Source of the DNA: Alphaproteobacteria bacterium
GTDB taxonomy: Bacteria > Pseudomonadota > Alphaproteobacteria > GCA-2731375
Direction: 5' to 3'
Length of the DNA: 64,000 nt
Assembly: GCA_040223615.1 (NCBI GenBank)
Contig: JAVKFY010000056.1
Location: 2,788-66,787, forward strand
The notes below the pieces were generated by a model, which ran no database searches, was not told where the DNA came from, and was given only the letters and a program-made list of their open reading frames with translations. Below, one piece after another: positions 1-10,126 of this stretch. The position numbers were made by a program, and so were the translations under genes. Each line of letters starts with the position of its first letter. The stretch's first letter is position 1.

Positions 1-1
1 C

Positions 2-310
2 ATGGTGCTGCATTATGCCCTGGAGCCGGCCGCCGCCGTCGCCGAGGCCGCCCGGGTGCTGCGTCCCGGCGGGCGTCTGGCGATCGTTGATTTCGCCGAG
101 CACGAACAGGATTTCCTGCGCCGCGAGCACCAGCACCACTGGCTCGGCTTCGATCCGGCGCAGGTGGCGCAGTGGTGCATCGCTGCCGGATTGGAATGCG
201 GCCAGCCGGTGCGCCTGGCCGGCGGCGCGCTCACCGTCCTGATCTGGCCGGCGCGGCGACCGGCGCGGTCCGCGCTCACGCAAACCAACGACCAGGGTGA
301 GACGGTATGA
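2..310 (+). CDS. class I SAM-dependent methyltransferase, C-terminal part (5' end upstream of window)
   Basis: ORF is open at the window edge. 'VLRPGGRLAIVDF' is a typical methyltransferase-fold strand. Its TGA overlaps the metF ATG (ATGA at 307-310), so it is in the same operon. Confidence 0.7.
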   Translation: MVLHYALEPAAAVAEAARVLRPGGRLAIVDFAEHEQDFLRREHQHHWLGFDPAQVAQWCIAAGLECGQPVRLAGGALTVLIWPARRPARSALTQTNDQGETV

Positions 311-1167
311 GTACGCCGCAGGTTTCCTTCGAGTTCTTCCCGCCGAAGACAGAAGCGCTGCAGGAGAGCCTGTGGCGCTCGGTCGACCGGTTGGCGCCGC
401 TGGCCCCGGCCTTCGTGTCGGTGACCTACGGCGCCGGCGGCAGCACCCGGGAGCGCACGCACGACACCGTGGTCCGGCTGGTCAGCCAGTGGAAGCTGCC
501 GACCGCCGCGCACCTGACCTGCGTCGGTGCCAGCAAGGCGGACGTCGACGCGGTGGCGCGGCATTACTGGGACGCCGGCGTGCGGCACATCGTGGCCTTG
601 CGCGGCGATCCGGCGGAGGTCGGCGGCCGGTTCGAGCCGCATCCCGACGGCTACGCCAACGCGGCGGAACTGGTCGGCGGCCTGCAGCGCATCGCGGATT
701 TCGAGATCTCGGTCGCGGCCTATCCGGAGCGGCATCCGGATTCACCCGACGATGCCGCCGACCTGGACAACCTGAAACGAAAGCTAGACGCCGGCGCCAG
801 CCGCGCCATCACCCAGTTCTTCTTCGACGCCGAGCTGTTCCTGCGCTTTCGCGACAAGGCGGCGAAGGCCGGGATCGATGCGCCGCTGGTGCCCGGCATC
901 CTGCCGGTGACCAACTTCAAGCAGGTCGCGAGCTTCGCCGGACGCTGCGGCGCGGCGGTGCCGGACTGGCTGGCGACGCGGTTCGAAGGGCTGGACGACG
1001 ACCCGGAGACCCGAGCCCTGATCGCCTCGGCCGTGGCGGTCGAGCAATGTCTGACCCTGGCCGACGCGGGCGTCGAGCAGTTCCACTTCTATACGCTTAA
1101 CCGATCGGCGCTGGCCTACGCGATTTGCCACGCGCTCGGCCTGCGGCCAGCGGAGAAATCGGCATGA
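307..1167 (+). CDS. metF: 5,10-methylenetetrahydrofolate reductase
   Basis: 286 aa. N-terminus 'VSFEFFPPKT' and 'SVTYGAGGSTRERTH' are the conserved MetF signatures. The stop overlaps the metH start (ATGA). Confidence 0.93.
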   Translation: MSTPQVSFEFFPPKTEALQESLWRSVDRLAPLAPAFVSVTYGAGGSTRERTHDTVVRLVSQWKLPTAAHLTCVGASKADVDAVARHYWDAGVRHIVALRGDPAEVGGRFEPHPDGYANAAELVGGLQRIADFEISVAAYPERHPDSPDDAADLDNLKRKLDAGASRAITQFFFDAELFLRFRDKAAKAGIDAPLVPGILPVTNFKQVASFAGRCGAAVPDWLATRFEGLDDDPETRALIASAVAVEQCLTLADAGVEQFHFYTLNRSALAYAICHALGLRPAEKSA

Positions 1168-4100
1168 GCGCGTTTCTCGAGGCGCTGAAACGGCGCGTGC
1201 TGCTGTGCGACGGCGGCATGGGCGCGCGGGTGCAGTCGATGGCGCAGCTCGATCTGGACGACGACTTCCAGGGCCAGGAGAACTGCACCGAGGTGCTGAA
1301 CCTGTCGCGGCCCGACGTCATCGTCGACATCCACCGCGGGCACATCGCCGCCGGGGCCGACGTGATCCAGACCAACACCTTCGGCGCCTCGCCGATCACG
1401 CTGGCGGAATTCGACCTGGGCGCCAAGGCGCGAGAGATCAGCCGCGTCGCCGCGGAACTGGCGCGCGACGCCATCGCCGGCGCCGCCAAGGACGGGCGTG
1501 AGCGCTTCGTGCTCGGCTCGATCGGCCCCGGCACCAAACTGCCGAGCCTGGGCCAGATCGACTATGACAGCCTGGAACAGGCGCTGAGCATCCAGGCCGC
1601 CGGGCTGGTCGAGGGCGGGGTCGACGCGATCCTGGTCGAGACCGTGCAGGACATGCTGCAGATGCGCGCGGCGGTGAATGGCGCGCGGCTGGCCATGAAC
1701 GAAGTCGGCCGCGACATCCCGGTCATGGTGCAGGTCACGGTGGAGACCACCGGTACCTTGCTGGTCGGCGCCGACATCGCCGCCGCCGCGACCACGGCGC
1801 ACGCGCTGCAGGTCGACGGCTTCGGGCTGAACTGCGCCACCGGTCCGCAGGAAATGGCCGAGCACGTGCGCTGGATCGCCGAACACTGGGACGGGCCGGT
1901 CTCGGTGCAGCCCAATGCCGGCCTGCCGGAGCTGGTCGATGGCGAGACCCGCTATCCGCTGCAAGCCGACGAGATGGCCGGCTGGCTGCGCCGCTTCGTG
2001 TCGGAGGACGGCGTCGCCATGATCGGCGGCTGCTGTGGCACCGACGACGTGCACATCGCGGCGCTGGACAAGATACTGCGCGAACTTGGGCGGGGCGACC
2101 CGCGCCCGGCGCCGAAGGCACGGACGCCGGAGTGGGTGCCGTCGATCGCCTCGCTCTACTCGGCGGTGCCGTACCGCCAGGAGAACGCCTATCTGTCGAT
2201 CGGCGAGCGCTGCAACGCCAACGGCTCGAAGAAATTCCGCGAGGCGCAGGCCGAGCAGAACTGGGACGCCTGCGTCGCCATCGGCCGCGAGCAAGCCAAG
2301 GAAGGCAGCCACGCGCTGGACCTGTGCACCGCCTTCGTCGGCCGCGACGAGATCGCCGACATGACGGCGATGGTGCCGCGCCTGGCCAGCGCCGCCGACG
2401 CCCCGCTGGTGATCGATTCCACCGAGCTGCCGGTGCTGGAGCAGGCGCTGAAGCGCTATCCCGGCAAGGGCGTGCTGAACTCGATCAACTTCGAGGACGG
2501 CGAGGCGCCGGCCGACGCGCGGCTGGCCCTGGCGCGCAGGCACGGCGCGGCGGTGGTGGCGCTGACCATCGACGAAGACGGCATGGCGAAGACCGTCGAG
2601 CAGAAGCTGGCGATCGCCAAGCGGCTCTACGACATCGCGGTGAACCGGCACGGGCTGGCGCCGGAAGACCTGCTGATCGACCCGCTGACCTTCACCATCG
2701 CCACCGGCAACGAGGACGACCGCAAGCTCGGCCTGTGGACGCTGGACGGCATCGAGGCGATCGCCAAGGCGCTGCCGCGCTGCCAGATCATCCTGGGGCT
2801 GTCGAACATCTCCTTCGGCCTGAACCCGGCGGCACGGCACGTGCTGAACTCGGTCTATCTCGACCACGCGCTGAAGCGCGGCATGACCGGCGCCATCGTG
2901 CACCTCTCCAAGATCATGCCGCTGCACCAGATCGCCGACGAAGAGGTGAAGGTCGCGGAAGACCTGATCTTCGACCGCCGCGCCGAGGGCTACGACCCGC
3001 TGCAGGCCTTCATGGCGCTGTTCGCCGACCGGAAAACGGCAAAGGTCGAACGCGAGCTGCCGGCCAACGTCGAGGACCGCCTCAAGCAACGCATCATCGA
3101 CGGCGACCGCCAGGGTCTCGCGCAAGACCTGGACGAGGCGCTGGGCACCTATCCGGCGCTGGACATCATCAACACCTTCCTGCTCGACGGCATGAAGGTG
3201 GTCGGCGAGCTGTTCGGCGCCGGCAAGATGCAACTGCCCTTCGTGCTGCAGTCGGCGGAGACGATGAAGGCCGCCGTCGCCCACCTGGAACCGCACATGG
3301 AGCGGACCGAGGGCCAGGAGAAAGGTGTCGTCGTGCTGGCCACGGTGAAGGGCGACGTGCACGACATCGGCAAGAATCTGGTCGATATCATCCTCACCAA
3401 CAACGGCTACAAGGTGGTCAATCTCGGCATCAAGCAACCGATCGCCGAGATCATCGCCGCCGCGCGCCAGCACAAGGCCAACGCCATCGGCATGAGCGGG
3501 CTGCTGGTGAAGTCGACCGCGATCATGCGCGAGAACCTGGAAGAAATGAGCCGGGAGAAGCTCGACGTGCCGGTGCTGCTCGGCGGCGCGGCGCTGACCC
3601 GGCGCTATGTCGAGGAGGACTGCCGGTCGGCCTATGCCGCCGGGCGGGTGGCCTACGCGCGCGACGCGTTCGACGGGCTGGCGATGATGGACCACGTGGT
3701 CGGCGGCACGTTCGACGACTACATCGAGCGGCGCGTGGTCGCGAACCAGAACAAGCCGGTGAACAAGACGCGCAAGCTGGGCGAGCCGACCCTGCTGCCG
3801 CGGCCGATGGAGGTGGAGGAAATCCGCGTCCGGCGCGAGGAACTGGCGCGCGGCGTCGAGGTGCCGCCGCCGCCCTTCTGGGGCAGCCGGCTGATCGAGA
3901 AGGTGCCGCTGCAGGCGCTGGTGCCGTACCTGAACGAGCGCATGCTGTTCCAGTTCCACTGGGGCTACCGCAAGCAGGGGCGCAGCCTGGACGACTACAT
4001 GGCCTGGACCCGCAAGGAGCTGCGGCCGATCCTCACCGACCTGCTGCACCGCTGCCACCGCGAGGAGATTCTCCAGCCGCAGGCGGTCTACGGCTACTAC

Positions 4101-4652
4101 CCGGCGGCCTCGGACGGCGACGCGCTGGTGCTGTTCAATCCCGATGGCCAGGGCGAGCTGGCGCGCTTCGCGCTGCCGCGCCAGGCGCGCTCGGGCGGGC
4201 TGTGCGTCGCCGATTTCTTCCGTGACGTGTCCAGCAACGAGCGCGACGTGATCGGCCTGCAAGCGGTCACCGTGGGCCAGCGCGCCTCGGACGTGGCGCG
4301 GCAGTGGTTCGAGGAGGACCACTACCAGGACTATCTCTACCTGCACGGCCTCGGCGTCGAGATGGCCGAGGCGATGGCCGAGTACGTGCACAAGCGCATC
4401 CGCGCCGAGCTCGGCTTCGGGCACGAGGACGCGCGCGAGCGCGACAAGCTGCTGTCGCAGGGTTACCGGGGCTCGCGCTACTCCTTCGGCTACCCCGCCT
4501 GCCCCAACTTGGCCGACCAGGCGCCGCTGCTGTCGATGCTGGGCGCAGAACGCATCGGCCTGCAACTGGCGGAGGAGTTCCAGCTGCATCCGGAAGCCTC
4601 GACCTCGGCGATCGTCGTGCACCACCCGCAGGCGAAGTATTTCTCGGTATAG
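1164..4652 (+). CDS. metH: cobalamin-dependent methionine synthase
   Basis: Track ORF is 1125..4652. ATG at 1164 gives the conserved 'LLCDGGMG' N-terminus and ATGA coupling to metF. The B12-binding motif 'GDVHDIGKNLV' (DxHxxG) is present, and the Hcy, pterin and AdoMet-activation domains are recognisable over about 1160 aa. Confidence 0.95.
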   Translation: MSAFLEALKRRVLLCDGGMGARVQSMAQLDLDDDFQGQENCTEVLNLSRPDVIVDIHRGHIAAGADVIQTNTFGASPITLAEFDLGAKAREISRVAAELARDAIAGAAKDGRERFVLGSIGPGTKLPSLGQIDYDSLEQALSIQAAGLVEGGVDAILVETVQDMLQMRAAVNGARLAMNEVGRDIPVMVQVTVETTGTLLVGADIAAAATTAHALQVDGFGLNCATGPQEMAEHVRWIAEHWDGPVSVQPNAGLPELVDGETRYPLQADEMAGWLRRFVSEDGVAMIGGCCGTDDVHIAALDKILRELGRGDPRPAPKARTPEWVPSIASLYSAVPYRQENAYLSIGERCNANGSKKFREAQAEQNWDACVAIGREQAKEGSHALDLCTAFVGRDEIADMTAMVPRLASAADAPLVIDSTELPVLEQALKRYPGKGVLNSINFEDGEAPADARLALARRHGAAVVALTIDEDGMAKTVEQKLAIAKRLYDIAVNRHGLAPEDLLIDPLTFTIATGNEDDRKLGLWTLDGIEAIAKALPRCQIILGLSNISFGLNPAARHVLNSVYLDHALKRGMTGAIVHLSKIMPLHQIADEEVKVAEDLIFDRRAEGYDPLQAFMALFADRKTAKVERELPANVEDRLKQRIIDGDRQGLAQDLDEALGTYPALDIINTFLLDGMKVVGELFGAGKMQLPFVLQSAETMKAAVAHLEPHMERTEGQEKGVVVLATVKGDVHDIGKNLVDIILTNNGYKVVNLGIKQPIAEIIAAARQHKANAIGMSGLLVKSTAIMRENLEEMSREKLDVPVLLGGAALTRRYVEEDCRSAYAAGRVAYARDAFDGLAMMDHVVGGTFDDYIERRVVANQNKPVNKTRKLGEPTLLPRPMEVEEIRVRREELARGVEVPPPPFWGSRLIEKVPLQALVPYLNERMLFQFHWGYRKQGRSLDDYMAWTRKELRPILTDLLHRCHREEILQPQAVYGYYPAASDGDALVLFNPDGQGELARFALPRQARSGGLCVADFFRDVSSNERDVIGLQAVTVGQRASDVARQWFEEDHYQDYLYLHGLGVEMAEAMAEYVHKRIRAELGFGHEDARERDKLLSQGYRGSRYSFGYPACPNLADQAPLLSMLGAERIGLQLAEEFQLHPEASTSAIVVHHPQAKYFSV

Positions 4653-4665
4653 CCAAACCGAGGGT

Positions 4666-6546
4666 TCATTCCGGCAGTCCCGCCGCCCGCAACCCGGACC
4701 GGTACCTTTCCATCGCCTCCGGATCTGAGATCACGATGAAGCTCTTCGAGATCGACGCCGTCGGCATGCGCGCGACAATCTCGTCCGCCGCCTCCCTGGC
4801 CTTGCCCTCTTCGCCCAATTGCCCGTAGGTCGTCGCACGCCACCACAAATTGCCGATGAATCGTGGATTCTTGCGTCGCGCCACTTCCAGCCGAGTCGCG
4901 GCCTCCTCGTAGCGTTCGAGCAGGAATAGCGATTGACCGAGCAACTGGTCGGGCAACCAGTCGTGGAAAGGATTCAGTCGGACGGCAACGCGGAGCCGGG
5001 CTTCCGCCTCCTTGCCCCGCCCCAGAAAAATCAGTGGCAACGACGATCGGGTCAGCAAGGCGGCATTCGCCGGATCAAGCTCGATGGCTCGTTCAAACGC
5101 GGTTACCGCGCCCTCGTAATCCCGGAGATTCATCAAGGCCTGGGCGTGGACCGACTGCGTGTACCAGTCTCCGGGATGGTCGGCCGCGGCGGCAGCGGCC
5201 GCCCGCAAAGCTTCGCCGAGCGATTCCTCGACATTGGCCGCAAACTTGAAGTAGGCGCGCTGTGTCTCGATGAATGCCAGGAGCGCCTTTGCGCGCACGA
5301 ATTCCGGGTCGCGCGCCAAGGCCGTCGATGCGAGCGCGCGAGCCTTGCCATAGGCCTCCGGCGTGTTGATCCAGCTTTCCCGGTCGGCCTCGAACCAGGC
5401 AAAGTAGGCTTCGACGTCGTTTGTGAAGCGCCGGAAATCGCCGGCCTTGGAAAGGTCGTCCGCGACGCGGGCCGCGATCGCGTTGACGAACTCGTCCTGT
5501 AGCGCGAACAGATCGCCGGAAGCACGGTCGAAACGATCCGACCAGACGATGCGCCCGGAGATGGCATCGACAAGCTCGGCATCGATACGCACACGATCGC
5601 CGGAACGGCGCAGCGCACCGCGCACGACAAACCGTACGCCGAGTTCCTCCGCCACCCGGGCGGGAACGGCCTTCTCCCCCACGTAGCCCATCGTGGATCC
5701 CCGCGCGATGACGAAGATGCCGGAAACACGGGCGAGACCTCGGGTCAGATCGTCATTGACCGCGCTGGCGAAGGCCTGATCCCCCTCACCCGTCGACGCC
5801 ACGTCGAACGGCAGGACCGCGACCGATGGCTTGTCCGGCAGGGGCAATTGCATGGCGGCAACAGAAGCCGCCTCGACGCGGGTGGTCCAAGGCTCCAGCC
5901 AAAGGATGGCGCCGACGGCAAGAACCAGAATGGCGACCGCAAGCAGTCCGGCCCGCAAGAGACCAGGCTTCATCGGCTTGCGCGCTGGTCCGACGTCACG
6001 CTCCTGCCGATCGCCGCCATCGCGATCCGCAACGACACGGAAGACCCGCACAGGCCGGCTGATGTTCTTCACCTCGACTTCGCCGAGGTCCTCGATGTCA
6101 TGGGCGAGCTTGTCGCGCACCTGATCCCGCGCGGATCGTGAGATGCAGATACCACCGGGGTCGGCGATCCCCTCCAGTCGCGCGGCGACGTTGACGCCGT
6201 CGCCGTGAATGTCGTCGCCCTCGACGATCACGTCGCCCAGGTTGACGCCGATCCGCAGCCGCATCGGCTCGCCGCCGTCCTTGGACGTCGAAGCCATTGC
6301 CGTCTGGATCGTGACGGCACAATCGACGGCGTCGACCACCGAGGCGAACTCGACCAGGATTCCATCACCCATCGTCTTGAACAGACGGCCACGATGCTCG
6401 TCGATCGCAGGACGGACGATGTCATCCAGTACGTGGTTCATCCTGGCGCGCGTTCCGATCTCGTCCTCGCCCATCAGGCGGCTATAGCTGACGACATCGG
6501 CGCACAGGATCGCCGCGAGACGTCGCGGCACACGTTTTTCGGTCAT
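4666..6546 (-). CDS. class III adenylate/guanylate cyclase with one TM helix, TolB-N-like region and C-terminal TPR repeats
   Basis: Real start is MTEKRV (626 aa, by residue count from the ORF end). The rest of track ORF 4666..8058 is antisense to the sulfatase gene. Cyclase motifs 'ILCADVVSYSRLMGEDE' and 'FKTMGDGILVEF' are present. A hydrophobic helix 'LLAVAILVLAVGAILWL' is followed by TPR-like repeats. Confidence 0.88.
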   Translation of the reverse strand: MTEKRVPRRLAAILCADVVSYSRLMGEDEIGTRARMNHVLDDIVRPAIDEHRGRLFKTMGDGILVEFASVVDAVDCAVTIQTAMASTSKDGGEPMRLRIGVNLGDVIVEGDDIHGDGVNVAARLEGIADPGGICISRSARDQVRDKLAHDIEDLGEVEVKNISRPVRVFRVVADRDGGDRQERDVGPARKPMKPGLLRAGLLAVAILVLAVGAILWLEPWTTRVEAASVAAMQLPLPDKPSVAVLPFDVASTGEGDQAFASAVNDDLTRGLARVSGIFVIARGSTMGYVGEKAVPARVAEELGVRFVVRGALRRSGDRVRIDAELVDAISGRIVWSDRFDRASGDLFALQDEFVNAIAARVADDLSKAGDFRRFTNDVEAYFAWFEADRESWINTPEAYGKARALASTALARDPEFVRAKALLAFIETQRAYFKFAANVEESLGEALRAAAAAAADHPGDWYTQSVHAQALMNLRDYEGAVTAFERAIELDPANAALLTRSSLPLIFLGRGKEAEARLRVAVRLNPFHDWLPDQLLGQSLFLLERYEEAATRLEVARRKNPRFIGNLWWRATTYGQLGEEGKAREAADEIVARMPTASISKSFIVISDPEAMERYRSGLRAAGLPE

Positions 6547-6693
6547 GATGGCGGGCTCGGCGATATTATGACCCACCCTACGATTTGCCGGTTCGAGCGT
6601 CCATGCCGAGCGAGAGCCGACCGCACGCCCCTCGATCGACCTGTTTCTCGGTATAGTCGCCCTCCAGAACAGGCGTAACGCCGGGAGGGAAGG

Positions 6694-8604
6694 ATGACCG
6701 AGCCGAAGGACGCGGCGCCGGCGACCAAGGCCGCCAACGCGGCGGTGCGCGAGTTGCTGCCGTTCGACGACTGGCAGGATTTCGAGGACGCCAAGCGCGG
6801 CCTGATCGCGCCGGTACCGGACGGCATGGTCCGTTCGGCCAGCGGCAACCCGCTGTGGAATCTTTCCTCCTACAGCTTCCTCGACAAGGAGGAGGCGCCG
6901 GCGACGGTGAACCCCAGCCTGTGGCGCATGGCGCGGCTGAACATGACCAACGGGCTGTTCGAGGTCTGCGAGGGCGTCTACCAGGTGCGCGGCATCGACC
7001 TCGCCAACATGACCATCATCGAGGGCGAGCGCGGGCTGATCATCGTCGACCCGCTGACCGTGGCGGAGACGGCGGCCGCCGCGCTCGACCTCTACCACGC
7101 GCACCGGCCGAGGAAACCGGTGGTGGCGGTTATCTACAGCCACAGCCACGTCGACCACTATGGCGGCGTGCGCGGCGTCGCTTCGATGGAGGACGTCGCG
7201 GCGGGCCGAATCGCGGTGATCGCGCCCGACGGCTTCATGGCGGCGGTGGCCGGCGAGAACGTGCTGGCCGGCAACGCCATGACCCGGCGAGCGCAGTTCC
7301 AGTTCGGCCCGCTGCTGCGCCCCGGCGAGCGTGGCCAGGTCGACGCCGGGCTTGGCAAGGTCACCGCGCGCGGCACGCTGGGCCTGATCGCGCCGACCAT
7401 GGAGATCGTCGAACCGGTGGAAACCCACACAATCGACGGCGTGGAGATGGTGTTCCACCTGGCGCCGGAGACCGAGGCGCCGGCCGAGATGCACATGTTC
7501 ATGCCCAAGGTTGGCGTGTTGAACATGGCCGAGAATGCCTGCCGCCACCTGCACAATTTCTGTCCGCTGCGCGGCTCGGTGGTGCGCGACCCGCGGATGT
7601 GGTCGCATTACCTGGGCGACGCCATCGAGCGGTTCGGTGCCGACGTGGCAGTGCTGATCGGGCAGCACCACTGGCCGACCTGGGGCCGCGAGCGCGTGGT
7701 CGACCACCTGACAAGGCAGCGCGACCTGTACAAGTTCGTGCACGACCAGTCGGCGCGGCTGATGAACAAGGGCTATCGGCCGGCGGAGATTTCCGAGGCC
7801 CTGGACCTGCCGCCGGAGCTGGCCGATGAGTGGAGCGTGCGCGGCTACTACGGCACGGTCAGCCACAACTCGAAGGCGGTCTACCAGCGCTATCTCTCCT
7901 GGTACGACGGCAACCCAGCGAACCTGCACCCGTTGCCGCCGCGCCAGACCGGCGAGAAGCTGGTCGACTACATGGGCGGCGCGGCCAAGGCGATCGAGCG
8001 GGCGCGCGAGGATTTCTCCAACGGCGAGTTCCGCTGGGTAGCCCAGGTGATGAGCCACGTCGTGTTCGCCGACCCGGACAATGAAGAGGCGCGCGAGCTG
8101 GAGGCCGACGCGTTGGAACAGCTCGGCTATCAGGCGGAGTCGGCAACCTGGCGCAACGCCTATCTCTATGGCGCGCAGGAGCTGCGCAACGGCATCCGCA
8201 AGCTGCCGCCGCGCCCGATCCTGGCACCGGACGTGCTGGAGGCGGTCGGCATCGCCACGCTGTTCGATTTCATCGCCGTGCGCGTCGACATGAACCGCGT
8301 CCAGGGCCGGAGCTTCGTGATCAACTGGTCGTTCAGCGACAGCGGCGAGCGACTGGCCCTATCGCTACGGCACAGCGCGCTGACCCATGTGATGGGCAAG
8401 CAGGCCGCCGACGCCGACCTGGCGGTGACGGCGACGCGGGACGCGCTGGTGGCGCTGATTCTCGGGCGCGCCACGGTCGAACAGGCGATCGATGACCGCA
8501 GCCTTCAGGTCACCGGCGACCCGGCGCCGCTGGCCGCGCTGTTCGACATGCTCGACGACTTCGATTTCATGTTCGAGATCCTGACGCCCGGCCAGCGCGG
8601 CTGA
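6694..8604 (+). CDS. alkyl/aryl-sulfatase, metallo-beta-lactamase fold (SdsA1/YjcS-like)
   Basis: 636 aa. MBL metal motif 'YSHSHVDHYGG' is present. Length and C-terminal SCP2-like dimerisation/substrate domain are typical of type III sulfatases. Confidence 0.85.
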   Translation: MTEPKDAAPATKAANAAVRELLPFDDWQDFEDAKRGLIAPVPDGMVRSASGNPLWNLSSYSFLDKEEAPATVNPSLWRMARLNMTNGLFEVCEGVYQVRGIDLANMTIIEGERGLIIVDPLTVAETAAAALDLYHAHRPRKPVVAVIYSHSHVDHYGGVRGVASMEDVAAGRIAVIAPDGFMAAVAGENVLAGNAMTRRAQFQFGPLLRPGERGQVDAGLGKVTARGTLGLIAPTMEIVEPVETHTIDGVEMVFHLAPETEAPAEMHMFMPKVGVLNMAENACRHLHNFCPLRGSVVRDPRMWSHYLGDAIERFGADVAVLIGQHHWPTWGRERVVDHLTRQRDLYKFVHDQSARLMNKGYRPAEISEALDLPPELADEWSVRGYYGTVSHNSKAVYQRYLSWYDGNPANLHPLPPRQTGEKLVDYMGGAAKAIERAREDFSNGEFRWVAQVMSHVVFADPDNEEARELEADALEQLGYQAESATWRNAYLYGAQELRNGIRKLPPRPILAPDVLEAVGIATLFDFIAVRVDMNRVQGRSFVINWSFSDSGERLALSLRHSALTHVMGKQAADADLAVTATRDALVALILGRATVEQAIDDRSLQVTGDPAPLAALFDMLDDFDFMFEILTPGQRG

Positions 8605-8611
8605 CGCGGGG

Positions 8612-9223
8612 CTACGCCTCCCAGCTTGGGCGGTCGCGCAGGCGGGCGTTCCAGGCGCTGACGTGGGACAGGTCGTCGGGCACCGGGGTGCCGGTGAACT
8701 CGGCCAGCTTGGTGGTGCACATGCCGGTGATGTCGGCCATCGAGAAGCTATCCCCCGCGAGATACGGGCGGCCGTCGGACAGTTCCTTGTCGAGCCAGGC
8801 CCAGACCTGCGGCATGCGCGCCTTGGACGCCTCGGCGACGGCCGGGATCTGCGTCAGACGGGTCTTGAAGAACTCGAAGGTGTGCAGCGCGATGGCGCCG
8901 CAGACGTTCATCACCTCGATCTCCATGCGCCGGTTCCACATCTCGACCTTGGCGCGGCTCACCACATCGCTGCCGAACAGCGGCGGCGTGGGGTGCAGGT
9001 CTTCCAGATAGCGGCAGATCGCCACGCTCTCGGTGATGACCGTACCGTCGTCGAGCTCGATGATTGGCGTGCCACCGAGCGCGTTCTTGGCCAGGAAATC
9101 CGGCGTGCGGGCGGCGCCGGCTTGCAGGTCGAGGTCAACGCGGGGCACGTCGATGCCCTTCTCGGCGATGAAGATGCGGACCTTGCGCGGGTTCGGGGCG
9201 CCAATGCCATTGTAGAGCTTCAT
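8612..9223 (-). CDS. glutathione S-transferase
   Basis: 203 aa from MKLYNG, with a thioredoxin-like N-domain ('GGTPIIELDDGTVITESVAICRYLE') and a helical C-domain. The upstream part of track ORF 8612..9517 crosses the AT-rich promoter region and is not coding. Confidence 0.88.
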   Translation of the reverse strand: MKLYNGIGAPNPRKVRIFIAEKGIDVPRVDLDLQAGAARTPDFLAKNALGGTPIIELDDGTVITESVAICRYLEDLHPTPPLFGSDVVSRAKVEMWNRRMEIEVMNVCGAIALHTFEFFKTRLTQIPAVAEASKARMPQVWAWLDKELSDGRPYLAGDSFSMADITGMCTTKLAEFTGTPVPDDLSHVSAWNARLRDRPSWEA

Positions 9224-9308
9224 GAGGTCTCTCCGTCGTTGAATGCGGGTGGCTTGCGTGATATACTTATCGATAATCATACATATGTTCAAGTAACGAA
9301 TCTTTGAC

Positions 9309-9623
9309 ATGCTGAACGAGACTTTCCAGGCCCTGTCCGACCCGACGCGGCGCGCGATCCTCGGCCTGCTGGTCGACCAGGAGCGCTCGGTGAACGACCT
9401 GGTCGACCGGTTCGAGCTGACGCAATCCACGGTCTCCCGCCACCTGCAGGTGCTGGAGCGGGCCAACCTGATCACCCGGCGGCGCGACGGGCAGCGGCGG
9501 ATGTGCGCGCTGGCCACCGACTCGCTGGCCGAAGTGGACGAATGGATGGAGACCTACCGGCGGTTCTGGGTGGAGCGGCTGGACCGGCTGGACAAGGTCG
9601 TCGGCGACGGGAGCAGGCAATGA
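9309..9623 (+). CDS. ArsR/SmtB-family transcriptional regulator
   Basis: 104 aa with 'FQALSDPTRRAILGLL...STVSRHLQVLERANLI' winged-helix signature. ATGA overlap with the next gene. Confidence 0.9.
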   Translation: MLNETFQALSDPTRRAILGLLVDQERSVNDLVDRFELTQSTVSRHLQVLERANLITRRRDGQRRMCALATDSLAEVDEWMETYRRFWVERLDRLDKVVGDGSRQ

Positions 9624-10072
9624 CGGAGACCGCCATCACCGCGACGCGCGCGATCACCGTGCGCCGGCACTACCGGTCGCCGCCGGCGCGCGTGTTCGCC
9701 GCCTGGACGACGCCGGAGATGGTCGATGCCTGGTGGGGCCCGGCCGGGTTCACCACCAAGGTGCACACGCTGGAGGCGCGGCCCGGCGGGCGCTTTCACT
9801 TCGAGATGGTCGCGCCAACCGGCAGTGCCAGCCACACGGCGGGCACCTATGTCGAGGTCGACCCGCCCAGGCGGCTGGTGTTCGAGATCACCGACCACTG
9901 CACCGCCGACGTCGAGCCGGGCGAACAGCAGCACGTGCCGGCGCGCGTCATCGTCGAGTTCGTCGCCACCGCCGACGGCACGGCGCTGACGCTAACCCAC
10001 GAGAACCTGTCGGACGGGTTCGCCGAGCCGGCCTGGGCGCAGGCGCTGGAGAAGCTGGAAGCCGCGCTCTAG
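9620..10072 (+). CDS. SRPBCC-superfamily protein (Aha1/BPI-like domain)
   Basis: 150 aa from MTETAIT (residue 40 of track ORF 9503..10072). 'VFAAWTTPEMVDAWWGPAGF' is typical of AHSA1-domain proteins that commonly follow ArsR genes. Confidence 0.8.
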   Translation: MTETAITATRAITVRRHYRSPPARVFAAWTTPEMVDAWWGPAGFTTKVHTLEARPGGRFHFEMVAPTGSASHTAGTYVEVDPPRRLVFEITDHCTADVEPGEQQHVPARVIVEFVATADGTALTLTHENLSDGFAEPAWAQALEKLEAAL

Positions 10073-10126
10073 CCGGTCTCACGTTCGGTCGGCCGGCCGG
10101 TGCCGCGCCGCGCGAGCGATAAACTC

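Noticed and set aside
1116-4625. 1169-aa ORF antisense to metH
   Set aside because: It is a shadow ORF typical of high-GC DNA. The translation is Arg/Ala/Gly/Leu-rich with no motif. It overlaps a gene whose product is unambiguous over its entire length.
6547-8058. About 500-aa N-terminal extension of track ORF 4666..8058 (would make a 1130-aa cyclase)
   Set aside because: The extension is exactly antisense to the well-supported sulfatase gene and crosses the promoter spacer. The cyclase domain begins at MTEKRV (6546).
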